Positions 24,982 to 36,495 of a stretch of DNA of 64,000 nucleotides are shown here, piece by piece. The notes under the pieces are model-generated. The model ran no database searches. It saw nothing but the letters and a program-made list of their open reading frames with translations, and was not told where the DNA came from. Made by a program: the position numbers and the translations under genes. The stretch comes from Haplodiscus bocki (Eukaryota), in assembly GCA_965655095.1 (NCBI GenBank), contig OZ296657.1, forward strand, positions 78,740,001 to 78,804,000, given 5' to 3'. Numbering within the stretch: the first letter of the stretch is position 1; the number at the start of each line of letters is the position of its first letter.

Positions 24982-27224
24982 GTGAAATATATTAAGGCGG
25001 TCACTCTTCTTTCGGTAGTTGTGATGAAACCTTCCACTCTACCTTTCCCTTTTGCTAAAGCAACGGATGTTAAAAAGCAGGTCTTGTTCTTATTTATTTT
25101 AGCCAATTTCACAGAAACCAAGCTCGAAAATGCAGACTTGCAAAAAACGGCCTCCCACCTCAAGGTGACACTTTGTGATTGTGGAGAGATGCCAGCGAGC
25201 AACCTCTATGCCCTAAACCAGGTTTCCAAATTCAATATTGCCCCCGAGAACCTAGAAGTCAGCAGAACAAAAATTACGATGTACACAAAACTTTTTCGAC
25301 AAGAAATCAACGCAACAGTTTGTAGAGTCAAATATCAGAAAGAACAATAGCACTGCGGCTTTGGAGACGATTCAAGCATGGATGCCCATCATGCAGGAAT
25401 AACAATAGACCTAGCCCTCACAGCATCCCAATGCAGAACTCTGGCGAATTGAGGTTCAATCACAATAAAAGATGACACACTCGAGTTCAAGAAAAGAATC
25501 TAAACAACGGTAGTGAAACAAAAGTACCTTGATGATAATGGAGCAGATCTTAGCGACAAAGACAGAAATGAATGCGACTCATATGGATGGGTCAGTAGCA
25601 AGATATTTGAAGGCCGTGTACAAGACGTCACGCTTAAAGTACTCCTTAAGGACGGCAAAGTTATGAGCAAAGATGGATTGCAATTATCTTGCCCCCTGGA
25701 AGAACTTGAAAGCGATACTACCTCATTCGACCCTCATGCATATACGTGGGAAGCCCCGGACAAATGCGTATTAGCCGTTCATCGGAGAGAAGACGTTAAC
25801 AAGATCATAAAAGGGAAAAGCTATTACTATTTTGTCAGTGGACCTAACAACACCAGTCAGTATCTGTTCGAAGTAAAACCGGAACCACAAGGTTTTTGCA
25901 ACAAACCAGTGCACGTATACTCTACCAACTACGATTCGTTATACGTGGTTATCGACTTTGGCGGATTTGATCTGGCCTCTGGGAAACGAATTGGATTCTC
26001 AGGAGGAATACAACACCTACAATACTACCAGCCATCATTGTCGTCGGACGGCAGTTTATTCGTACACTTGAGTCACCCCATGCAGATGACCTTATCCCAG
26101 AAAAACCTCACCGCGTCAACATAGATTATGAACTTCATCAAGGCACAAAACTGGGTTATGTATTCTTCGGAAGCTCGCGGACGCTCGAAAGCCCTGAGAT
26201 ACAACTTTTAGAGAACCTATGCGAACAAGAAAGAAGACAAATAATGACTACTTTGATGCCTTCAATGGAAAACTCACGTTTAGCTGGCTACATGCTAACT
26301 GGAAACCGCTCTATGTTCCATAGTACCGTTGGCAGTCTCGCTTGGCTTCATCATTGCCCCTTGACGCGTTCTCCGCCACACGTGTTTAACCAATGTTATG
26401 ATGAAATTCCTATCTTCTGCGAAAATGCAATCTTCTTTGTCGACCCAATTACTCGACAAACCTACCCAGATGCCCAGGTTCAAAAATATTCGGACCGGAT
26501 TAAGAGTCTGTTTCAATTCCACAGGGAAGATGAAAACTCATCGTTCACTAATACATCCACTTTAGAACACAGGAAGCGACCAGCAGTATTCGGACCCAAA
26601 GAAGTGACTCCTGTATCCAGAAGAGCTTTTGGTGAAGCAGGAGATAGTGTTATCTACACACGAGCGCAGTTATCTGATTTCTGGGACAAAATCCTTATCA
26701 GCGCTGCTTCAAGGAAAGCTCTACAAAAATTCTCTCGAGAACTCATTGTCCCCAACACCGCAATTCATGGACCAGAACAATATTCTTATTATGCCCCCCG
26801 AACGGATTTCTATGTGGATAACATGGTTTCCCCCGGTTTCTTCAAAAATCAGTTTATGGACACGTTTGGCTCAGTTGCCTATGTCTTAGAATTTTGTGGG
26901 ATATATTTCTCCTGCATCTTGTTTGTCAAGCTCATCGTTGATCTCATAGTTATGATTTTGAGGCATATGGAAATCAATCGCCTTACCGGCGCTTCACTTG
27001 GATTTGGCAAGACACTCCTGAGTGCTTCATACAATTTGTTCTTGACGTCTATTCTAACGTCAGTATTCAATCCCCAAGCTCCGCTTTTGCAAGCGCTGGA
27101 ACCTGAACCAATGCCTACAAGAAGTGAAGACGAGACTATAGATCCTGCAGACGGAAATAGGAAAAAGGAAGAGCACCTTTATCCAGTTGTTCACTGCTCC
27201 ACTACAGCTCTTTCCCCAGTTTGA
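24982..27224 (+). pseudogene. env: Element A envelope glycoprotein, chuvirus-G / class III fusion-protein-like, disrupted
   Basis: Hydrophobic leader, then LCDC...NLYALNQV...VCRVK...*HCG...ASQC; later LCEQER..AGYMLTG..LAWLHHC..QCYDEIPI..FFVDPITR; C-terminal TM segment FCGIYFSCILFVKLIVDLIVMIL. The cysteine and motif pattern matches chuviral glycoproteins as I recall them. Confidence 0.75.
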
Positions 27225-28066
27225 TTACGATTATGTGAGCGTTATTCTTGATAGTTTTTAATAAATTATTTAAATCATTTTTTTATATTCTTTTATAGAT
27301 TTCAGACGATCCACCACTCCCCTTGCTGGAACACGACGAACTCGATTCGCTGCTCAACGGAATTGACTGGGACCAACTCTTATCTCCGCTTGATTGAATT
27401 TTGCCAACGGAGGCAGATATTGTAAATCTTCTTTCTTCTCCTTCCTCTTCTACCTCACCGGTTGTCTTGTCGGATCAGCCATCAAAACCGTTGTTCGACA
27501 AATTCCTCCAATCCTTAACAGACAACCCGATCCAATTCACAGATTACCCTACTGTCCCTCGGCAAGAATCTCGAGTCAATTTTATTTCCTTCATTGTTTG
27601 ATTCCAAAGCTCACACTAACAATCCTCAATCGGTGGGATAACAATCTACTCCCTCTCCTCCAAGACGACAACCCTTTGGTTCGACGGCTCTGAGAGCCTC
27701 AACTCAAGACGCCCGAGCTTCTTTTTCACGACCAAATAGGTTTCAAAACAATCAGCAAGTTTCTGCACAGAAACGGTGAGAGAGTTACCTTCAACGCCGC
27801 AAGTCTCTTCTAAGACCCAAATTCAAACCCTACTCACATTACAAACAAAAAAATGCCTTCTTTTCTTGGGAGATTGTATTCTTGGCTTATAGCAGACAGG
27901 AGTATACTATTCAGAATACTGCCTTATTATCACAGAGACTTGTGGTGCCTCTAACAACTATTCTAGTTCAGCCCGTCGAATGACACTGAACCTAGACGCA
28001 CCCATCTTTGAGCCAAAAAACCGCTAACGAATATATTCTATAAATCGCCCTGAGTTGCTGATCGCA

Positions 28067-29284
28067 ATGGATGCAACCACTTCTCAAGATGAAACTGAAC
28101 CTAATGGTCAAGCCAAATGCCCCAAAACTTCCTCGGATTCCAGGAGCCCCCCAGTTTTGGAGCAACTTCATCTACTGACCACTCAAACTGACCACCTCAG
28201 AAAAACCTCAGAACAAGCACTGGAACAAACAAAGCCCCTAATTCAAACATTCCCGCTGGCCAACATGAAGCAGTTCTAATATCTTCACTCCGTTCAACAC
28301 CAAGTAGCTCAATTTTTTGTAGATCTCAATATCGAGAAACGCAAACGCTTCAAACAACACGCAGGTATTCGCCAGCTCGAAGATGGGCTAGCCCAAATGC
28401 GTCGGGAGGTCAGTGAACTCTCACCTCCTTCATTTCTTGTTCCTTTTACAGTCAATCCACCGTATTCTACTGGTTTCCAAGACAATTGTGCCCTAAACAA
28501 GGCCCAAATACCAAAGCCTTCGATAACATTAACTCTTTAAAGAGCCTCCAGCACTACATTCAAATCATGGCTACCTGATCAACCACGAGGTCCACCACCA
28601 ACCATACCAACTTCCAGACATTCTTTCTTGGACTTAGACGCCCGAGCAAAACATCTGGAAGAAGAAATTACAAAGGCAAGGAACTGTCGCGAAACAATTA
28701 TATCCATCTACCGATCCCAATTTACCTTTCTCTATGACAGATTCCAAGCCCTTGAGTCTGGAGGCCCAGACACTAACCTGTGGAAATTAACTTCACTGAT
28801 ATTGGATTTCGACACCGCCAAATCTGCTACCCGACTGGACGATGCTGCCAAAATCCCCAATACTCATTATAATAGCCCTGTGTACCGCACACACCCTCAA
28901 GGCTTTAACTTTTTTATTCAATTTTACCCATATGGTTTGGACTCTGCCTTAGGAAATCACGCCTCAGTTATTTTCGCCTTTTGCCCCGGCGACTACGAAG
29001 CTTTATTGACATGGCCGTTCCCAAAAACAAGTCATCTTTCAGTTCTCGATCAACTCGACCCCGAAAATAAGTGGACCCTTACCTTTGCACCCTCAGGGAA
29101 AATATTCTCTCGAAGGCCTACCCGAGAACCGTGTCCTACCCTGACGAGTTTCATTTTCTTCCCACACAGCAGGATGTTCAGCATGACGGAAAACTTCCAT
29201 TTAATACATACTTTATATTTGAAGATGAAAATCACCGACCTGCCCGACCCTGCAGGAGCCACACCTTCCTCATTCCCAACATGA
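28067..29284 (+). pseudogene. Element A accessory gene: coiled coil + TRAF-C (MATH) domain, no RING; two in-frame stops
   Basis: LWKLTS...YNSPVYRTHPQGFNFFIQFYPYGLDSALGNHASVIF...GDYEALLTWPF...LSVLDQ is the TRAF MATH signature. ORFs 28055-28279 and 28628-29284 share a frame. Confidence 0.85.
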
Positions 29285-29896
29285 TCCTTTCTAAAGAACC
29301 CCACAATCATTTTTCTATTCTTTTAACCCCAGTGAGTTGTGGCGTTATAGCTAACGCTTAAGCAGATGTATTGTAATTCTCAGATATGTGCAGTGAGCTA
29401 TTAAACAGGAAATGACTAGTATTTAACAAGAGAACTGCAGACGTTATTGACTAGCCTGGGAGCCGTGGAGGGAATAATATAAACTCTGTATAAAGGAAGC
29501 TGAGAGGATTGGAATTGCACAAAGCAAAGAGGAAAGCAAAAGTTCCAAAAAGGTTGCAACGTGGTTCAAAGCGATTGGCTCAGTGTTCAAATTTAGACAT
29601 GCACCATGCTTGCACGATCACCTGACCGATCAGGTGACTAGTCATGTGATGTGACGACATAACTTCATTTTGGACCCGATCCGCAGTGCAGCTAACATCA
29701 TTCACTCCCACTTTCCCGCCTTGCGGAAGGTTGCTCATTATCAGAACTTCTCTCATTTTTAACGTCACTTTGCCAATTAGATTTTGACCAAAACATTTCT
29801 AAGTCTCGATTTTGCAAAGACTTAGAAAAATTTTCTCCTCTCCAAATGAGAGATATTCTTAGTCTTGATTTCGGAAAGACTTAGTCAAAAATCAAT

Positions 29897-30095
29897 AACA
29901 AGCACCATCGCAGCAACCAGTATCCATCTATCTACCAGCACCCCGGCAACAACCATCAGTATCCCAGCCGCAACCAGCAAACATCCATCAATCGGTATCC
30001 CAGCAACAACCAGCAGTATCCCGGCCGCAACCAGCAATCATCAAGCAAGCAGTATCCCAGCCGCAAACAGCAATCAACCAGCCGCAACTAGTATC
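29897..30095 (+). repeat. Degenerate ~21-bp CAGCAACAACCAGCAGTATCC-type tandem repeat
   Basis: Recurrent ccgcaaccagca / agtatccc units. Confidence 0.75.
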
Positions 30096-30099
30096 CATT

Positions 30100-30302
30100 G
30101 AGCAGCAGTCCAACATCAAGTAGCTTCAGTACAGCAGCGGTCCCACAACAAATAGCTTCAATACTGCATCTGTCCCACAACAGGTACCTTCAATACAGCA
30201 GCGGTCCCACAACAGGTAGCTTCTATACAGCAGCGGTCCCACAACAAGTAGATTCAATACAGCAGCGTTCCCACAACAAGTAGCTTCAATACGGCAGCGT
30301 CC
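30100..30302 (+). repeat. 32-bp minisatellite, 6 full copies plus a partial copy
   Basis: Unit CAGCAGCGGTCCCACAACAAGTAGCTTCAATA, starting at 30100, 30132, 30164, 30196, 30228 and 30260. Confidence 0.95.
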
Positions 30303-32576
30303 TAGCAGCAACCAGTTATCATCCGGCAAGAAGCGTCTGCGCGACTAAAGCCCGCCTCTGTTAGTTATCATTACGTTTCCTAGTAGAGGACATCTCGTTA
30401 GTGGTTGACCTAGGATTAACTGTCCGGCAGCAGGGTGTACGTTACCGCACAGTGTTTTTTTTACTAAAACTTTGATTAATTGGTAAAAGTAAAACACATA
30501 TAATAAACACGACCAGTTGAGAGTCCTTAAGACTAATGACCTGGTCGCAGACGAAAGATAAAATTGAATTACTGGTGTCCTGTAAGTCCAGATGCAGATG
30601 GTATCTCCCGGCAGGTGACTAAATACCAGCCTTAAGATTAAGTCCGACGAGCGAGTGTTTCATCATAGCACGAAGGTTTTTTTATACTAAGAATAGTCTA
30701 AAATGCATGTAATTAAAATGCATGTACTTTAAAATCCCTTTCCTGTAAGCCTGATGGCATCTCCAGCTTGGACTGAAGCAGCGACTAGGAGGCTAACTTG
30801 TTGGCCTTGTATTTCAAGTCCAGTGCAAGCATGGTTTAGCTAAACGTGAAACAAACTGTAAAACGAACTGGCTAAAAAAGCCGACTAGACAAGACGGAAA
30901 TTACGTCACCCGCACTAGTCAAAAAGTTAAAAGGTGTATGTTTTTGCTTCATTTACAGATGTTCCAGTTCTGACAGCAGCTATCGTGGATCAGTTGAATC
31001 ATAACATTTCAAAATTTTTTAATTTTATTTGAACTAATTTTAAAGAGTCCGTTCTTTCTATCAATGATTTTATAAAATTTTCTTTCAATTGAATTCAATA
31101 AGTTCAACTTTTGTAATTATTTTTAAAATTGCAGTTCGGACTAAATTAAACTAGTCTGAATTGGTGTTACTGAATATATACTTTCAGCTCTAATTTTAAA
31201 CAAGTTTATTTTCACCTGCTTTATAAGCTTTATAACTTCAATCAATTGGCGGCATCCCCTTCCAAGCCTGCTGCTAACACTAAACCTCCTTGTTGAATAA
31301 ATTGCGGCTCTTAGTTTTTTTGTTAAATTAATGTTGGCTGACTTTTAATCAACTTGCTAATGGCTAATGTTGTTGAAATAAAGAAAGAGAAGAATTGACT
31401 ATACTTTGTGAAGTATAAAGACCATTTGGCAATCTCCCGTGTAATATTCCATGCTTAAAGCCTCTGACAGAGCTGAGTAATTCCCCCTTGCATACGTGTG
31501 GTCACATTCCTTTCAGCAGTTCAACATTTTGAAATACCTTCACTGACAAATAAACTTTACTTTGTATTATTTTCCTCTGTAGCTCATATGTCCTTGCTTG
31601 AATTCACGCAATCCCTTTGTTCGCGCGGTTAAGCAAGGCACACTATTGAGACTTATAAAGAATAGCCGTCGCTACAATGCTGTAGTGCTGACTGAGTCAA
31701 CCCCCAGCAAGACACAACTGAATAAATAATACACTTCCAATACCCCCACTACGTGCGATACCTTCTTCAACCTATCTTGATTCACGAGTGCTATGAAAAA
31801 AATAATATTCCCAATTCAACAAAAATTGTACAAGTCAATTGATTGAGACCGTCAGGCACAAAATACTGGCTCTAGTCACGGCAAGAAAAAACAAATTTCC
31901 TGCAGCGGCAAATCCTAACTAGTCAGATATTCGGCACGTTCAGGTTAAAAAACAGCGTCGAAAGTTGCGTTGATTTTGCCCTAGGCTTAATAAACTGACC
32001 GTTGGGACCAATGACCTTTGGTTTCGGCTTCAGTTTAATGGTTACTTGTGTGCGCAATTTTCTTCCGTAACACTCTTTAGACAGCCTTCGATTTTAGAGC
32101 TGGGAAGTATACATTTTGTGACAGTTACTGCAGTTATACACACTTCGAAAACGATGCTGTCGTCTAATTTACCTTCCAGCCGACAAAAAAACTTCAAACG
32201 TTTGGATTGGTCTTTAGGCCGACCCTTTGCAGTATGATTGTATTATTTAATTTTGGGCAAGCTGTTCTAGCGAAAGTGATTGTTTTCTGCGCCTATGAAT
32301 GTTGACTTGACATCAATGCGATTCCTGTATTATACCCAGTAGAAATTGATTACTCTTTCAGTTGACCATTTACTATTGTGGTCTAGTTAACCTACGGATG
32401 TCAACTGATCTGATCTTATCTCTCTCTTTTTTTAGTGGATTTTGTAGTTGTAATTCTCCTGGTTTTTTCCCCGGGTTTCTTTTTTCACTTCGAAAAGTTT
32501 TCTACAATACTAACAGCATCAATTCAAGCAGAGCTTTCTGTGTTGGTTTGTTTGTCCCGTTTTCTCGAGAAGCGGA

Positions 32577-35453
32577 ATGTTCTGGAAGTGTATTGCATTT
32601 TTGTCCGCCTTGTTTTCCAAAGTTCGTGGCGCTCAAATCCTTCAAATGAACGTCAGAAGCCTAGTGAACTTTGATCGAAGAGCCAAATTAGCAAATGCAA
32701 TCACCTCCAATAACTATAACATTATATGTCTCTGTGAAACTTGGCTTAACGTTAACATTGCCTCCAGTGAGCTCTTACTTGACGGCTATGACATCTTCAG
32801 AGCAGACCGTAAAGCACTTCATGATCAAAACCCCCATGGAGGGTCATTGATTGCTGTCAAAAACAACTTTGCCGCCGAGGAAGTCCACAACCCGAACATG
32901 CCCGACAGCAGTATTGCGTGCAAGATCACAATCTGTGATGTAACCATAATTATATGTGTATTCTACAACCCCCCAGCTTCGAGTAAATACCGATATGAAC
33001 TAGCCGACTTCATAAATCTACTTAATTTCTTCCCCAAAACCTCCCAATTAGTTATCTGTGGAGATATAAACTTCCCAGAAACGAACTGGAGTTCCTTAAC
33101 CAGTCTCTCTGACTACGAACAACAAGTTCTCGACGAATTCGAGGATCGTTGCCTTCTACAAGCCATTGATTTCAAAACGTGTGGCCAAAACATTCTGGAC
33201 GTCGCCTTCTATTCAAATTGTCATATACACGCCAAGCGAGATGATTCCTTCGAGAATATATACGACTGTTCAGACCACCACGCCATCCTGCTACAGTTGG
33301 AATGTGCACTCTATGAAAAGAAACCGACCCTGGAAAGATGTCGAAGCTTCGGAAGCGGTGACTATGATGCTATGAACGAAGCAATGCGCTCCGCGCCTTT
33401 TGACTCTATCTGTCACACCAATATTGACAAAATGACGGAAGAACTATACAAGTACTTTGATTCCATAATCGAAAGACACGTTCCAAGACGCACCTTCCAC
33501 AGGCAGCAACTACCACCCTGGATTACTCGCAGTACCTCGCATTTGATCAAGCAACTTGGTACACAAAAACGTTTGCTCAGCCGCAAACCGACCTCGTATC
33601 GAAAAACAGCAGTAACTAATCTGGAAAATATAGTGTTCTCCGCATGTGAAACAGATAGAAAAAACTATCAAGAGGAACTGATGGGTTCGCGAAACACAGA
33701 TGGAATATTCAAGCATTTGAAGAGTCTCAAAAAATCGATTTCCCTCCCCAACGAAATGACCGATGGGAAAAGTACCGTGACAGCGCCCGTTGACAAAATC
33801 AACTTGCTGAACAACTTTTTCCAATCAGTCTTCTCCTCCAAACAAGTGTTCACACACGCCGATATCAAGGCCGAACAAAGCATTCTGACAAATTTCAATG
33901 TCTCCAAAAGTAAAATCAGGAAAATTCTTTCGTCCTTAGATGTCACAAAAACAAGAGGACCAAATGGCCTACCACCCATCTTCTTCAACAAAACCGCTCT
34001 TGAAATAACTCCAGCCCTACACAAACTCCTGCGCAATATCAAACGTCTCGGCAAGCTTCCCGCGACATGGAAAACTGCTGCCGTCTCACCCATATTCAAG
34101 AAAGGAGACCGAAGGTCAGTCGAAAACTGGCGACCTATCTCCTTACTGAATATAGATAGCAAGGTGCTTGAGAAGTGCATGTATGAACCCCTCTACAACC
34201 ACTTTGGGCAGTTTCTGACCCATAGTCAACATGGATTCACGAGAGGAAGATCCGTCATGACGAACATGTTACTCTTCCTGAACAAAATACATAAGGCCCT
34301 TGACAACAACAGTCAGGATGATGTAGTAGCCTTCTATACTGACTTCTCGAAGGCATTCGACAAAGTCCCTCACTTTGAACTACTGCAAAAAGTAGCGAAC
34401 ACCGGAGTTGGAGGATGTTTCCTTGAGGTACTTGTTGACTACCTGAAAGATCGAAAACAGTATGTGAGAGTTGACAACCAAAGGTCCATAACCTTACCTG
34501 TCAACAGTGGCGTCCCTCAAGGGTCCCTTCTCGGGCCTTTACTCTTTTGCATTTTCATCAATGACCTCCCTGACCGCCTCAAATTCAGTGAGCCCTATAT
34601 CTTCGCCGAAGATCTCAAAATACTTGCAATAAAGCCTGACTCTATTTCTCTCCAAAGAGACTTGAGAGCAATCGAAAGTTGGGTAAACGAGAACAAAATG
34701 AGCCTAGCAATGGACAAATGTGCCAAACTCACTTTTCGAGGCATAAACAAGAACTTCAAATTGATGGGATCAGTGCTTGAATCTTCAAGCGAAGTCAAGG
34801 ATCTGGGTGTAATGATAGACCAAAAACTGAGCTCAACTAGACATGTCGATGTCAGACTGGCGAAAGCCAGAAACGCCCTTTATTACGTCAGGCGAAATGT
34901 CGCTTATCAGATCAGCCGCCAGGTCAAACTTGGTCTGTATAAATCGTTAATTCTCCCGATACTGACCTACGGATTTCACTGCTACAGCCCTAACAGGACG
35001 GACCTAAACAGGCTTGAACGTTTCCAGCGGAAAGCCATCAAATGGATAATGGGCAATCAGTCTGACGATTACAAACGTCAACTCAGTACTCTCAATCTCC
35101 TCCCACTGCCCATGTTTTTGCAAGTTAATGACTTACTCCTGTTCTCCTCCCTGTGTAATGAACAACATGAGATGATACCCCCTAGAGTTCCACCAAACAG
35201 GCGAACACGCACACTCTTCGAAACAGGTGGAGCCCGAACGGAGAAAGCGAGATCGGAATTCTTCTTCAGAAATAGCCGATTAGCGAACAGACTTAACTTG
35301 TATATCATCTTTGACGAAAAGGCTGGACTCAAAAGTAGGATTCTGAGAACAATGAAAGCGATATTTGAAGAAAGGTTCTCATTCCAAAATGTCTGTACTT
35401 GGCAGGCAGCCTGTGACTGTCACCAGTGCAGAGACTTGTGGACAACAATCTAG
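32577..35453 (+). CDS. LINE (CR1/L2/jockey group) ORF2: APE endonuclease + reverse transcriptase, 958 aa open frame
   Basis: APE motifs QMNVRSL, LCETWL, GDINFP, SDHH; RT motifs WRPISLL, QHGF, YTDFSKAFDKVPH, GVPQGSLLGPLLF, FAEDLK, KDLGV. Confidence 0.95.
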   Translation: MFWKCIAFLSALFSKVRGAQILQMNVRSLVNFDRRAKLANAITSNNYNIICLCETWLNVNIASSELLLDGYDIFRADRKALHDQNPHGGSLIAVKNNFAAEEVHNPNMPDSSIACKITICDVTIIICVFYNPPASSKYRYELADFINLLNFFPKTSQLVICGDINFPETNWSSLTSLSDYEQQVLDEFEDRCLLQAIDFKTCGQNILDVAFYSNCHIHAKRDDSFENIYDCSDHHAILLQLECALYEKKPTLERCRSFGSGDYDAMNEAMRSAPFDSICHTNIDKMTEELYKYFDSIIERHVPRRTFHRQQLPPWITRSTSHLIKQLGTQKRLLSRKPTSYRKTAVTNLENIVFSACETDRKNYQEELMGSRNTDGIFKHLKSLKKSISLPNEMTDGKSTVTAPVDKINLLNNFFQSVFSSKQVFTHADIKAEQSILTNFNVSKSKIRKILSSLDVTKTRGPNGLPPIFFNKTALEITPALHKLLRNIKRLGKLPATWKTAAVSPIFKKGDRRSVENWRPISLLNIDSKVLEKCMYEPLYNHFGQFLTHSQHGFTRGRSVMTNMLLFLNKIHKALDNNSQDDVVAFYTDFSKAFDKVPHFELLQKVANTGVGGCFLEVLVDYLKDRKQYVRVDNQRSITLPVNSGVPQGSLLGPLLFCIFINDLPDRLKFSEPYIFAEDLKILAIKPDSISLQRDLRAIESWVNENKMSLAMDKCAKLTFRGINKNFKLMGSVLESSSEVKDLGVMIDQKLSSTRHVDVRLAKARNALYYVRRNVAYQISRQVKLGLYKSLILPILTYGFHCYSPNRTDLNRLERFQRKAIKWIMGNQSDDYKRQLSTLNLLPLPMFLQVNDLLLFSSLCNEQHEMIPPRVPPNRRTRTLFETGGARTEKARSEFFFRNSRLANRLNLYIIFDEKAGLKSRILRTMKAIFEERFSFQNVCTWQAACDCHQCRDLWTTI

Positions 35454-35515
35454 AACGCTGAATGGGATGCAACGCCCTGCAGCATGCTGCGAAGACCCTA
35501 CAACAACAACAACAA
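32620..35515 (+). mobile_element. LINE copy without visible ORF1, with short 3' UTR and (CAA)n tail
   Basis: ORF2, 3' UTR palindrome GCAGCATGCTGC (35479-35490), tail ACAACAACAACAACAA at 35500-35515. The 5' boundary is approximate. Confidence 0.85.
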
Positions 35516-36495
35516 GAACAGCTCTACCTTTGCGATTGAGAACAAAACTTCATAATGTAGGACTTTTTTTAAAAACTTTGCTTTTCTAGGCTGCTCTTAT
35601 TGTCTATAGAAGGGGTAGTTCTCCTCGATATCAGACTCATCGTTGCGATGTTTCAAATTCATGAGAAGAAGAAGAAAACTGAATTAAATTTTGCGGACGA
35701 AAATCCAAAATTCGTGGTAATAGTTATAACTTCGCCGACACCCAAAGTGGTTCTCTTTCTTCAATATTGTCTGTCTTGAGCAATTCCTGGGACTAAACTA
35801 CTGAAATTCCAATCAGGGGACCAGATAATTCTTTCCAGCGAAAAAGGTTATTCAGAAAATCTTTTTCAATTTTTGCAGACAGCATTAAAACGCTAACGAG
35901 GACAACAGGACTTTAAACAAGAAATTAAATCAATAAGTCAATCATTTTTTGTGAAAAAGTTCCCGTCAAATTTGGCCAAAAAAGCAAGAACGACTAAACT
36001 GAGCGCGTACTGCAATCTCATTGCTTGGAGTTTCGTGTCTCCGTGAATTCGTCTTTTTCGAAGACTTCTTTTACATCAAATAACTTCAAACTTTCATCTC
36101 GCTTAGTTTTAGATAAGTGAAAGCAGCAACTTAAACTTTGACAATTTTTTGCAACAGTTGAACAGGTTATGGAGCGAGTAACGTAAGTATTTTTGAGCTT
36201 ACCAATTCGGTAAAACTTCGTTTTCAGTAAACGCCATAAACTTCAGTCGGGACAAGCACCATTCTTGGTTGTTGTGGCCAAACATCAAATTGATTGAAGA
36301 ACTATTGTACGAGGGGAGCCACTTAAATGGTTGGAGCTCTAAATTTTCCCAACATACCGCCCGTGTTGTTTTCAACACTTTGAAAAGATAGAGCTAAAGA
36401 ATTTGATATGGTTCTTGTTTCCTTTACTGGCTGCAAGAGAAGCGGAAGAATACGAAGTAAGATATTAAAAATTGAAGGTTCTTTGACTAGGACAA

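Larger units (their letters stand above)
16193..31760 (+). mobile_element. Element A: env-bearing Ty3/Gypsy LTR retrotransposon (retrovirus-like), decayed, about 15.6 kb
   Basis: Terminal direct repeat 16193-16308 / 31647-31760, PBS after the first copy, gag-PR-RT-RH-IN order, glycoprotein and extra ORFs. Many stops and frameshifts. Confidence 0.92.
29475..31760 (+). repeat. Element A probable long 3' LTR (start uncertain)
   Basis: Purine-rich GGGAGCCGTGGAGGGAA (29458-29474) is a candidate PPT. The last ~115 bp match the 5' LTR remnant and contain TTATAAAG and AATAAA. Confidence 0.55.

Noticed and set aside
17702-29284. APOBEC-like G-to-A hypermutation as the cause of element A stops
   Set aside because: Some stops fit TGG to TAG/TGA, but others do not and indels are frequent; cannot be separated from neutral decay without a consensus.
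30100-30302. 32-bp repeats as a CRISPR array
   Set aside because: Units are head-to-tail with no unique spacers, there are no cas genes, and the context is eukaryotic; it is a minisatellite.
29865-30329. Ser/Thr/Ala-rich ORFs (mucin-like)
   Set aside because: They are translations of the tandem repeats; a 32-bp unit does not preserve frame.
33510-35332. Antisense ORFs within the LINE (and similar ones opposite gag/pol/env of both LTR elements)
   Set aside because: Shadow frames of real coding sequence with no recognisable motifs.
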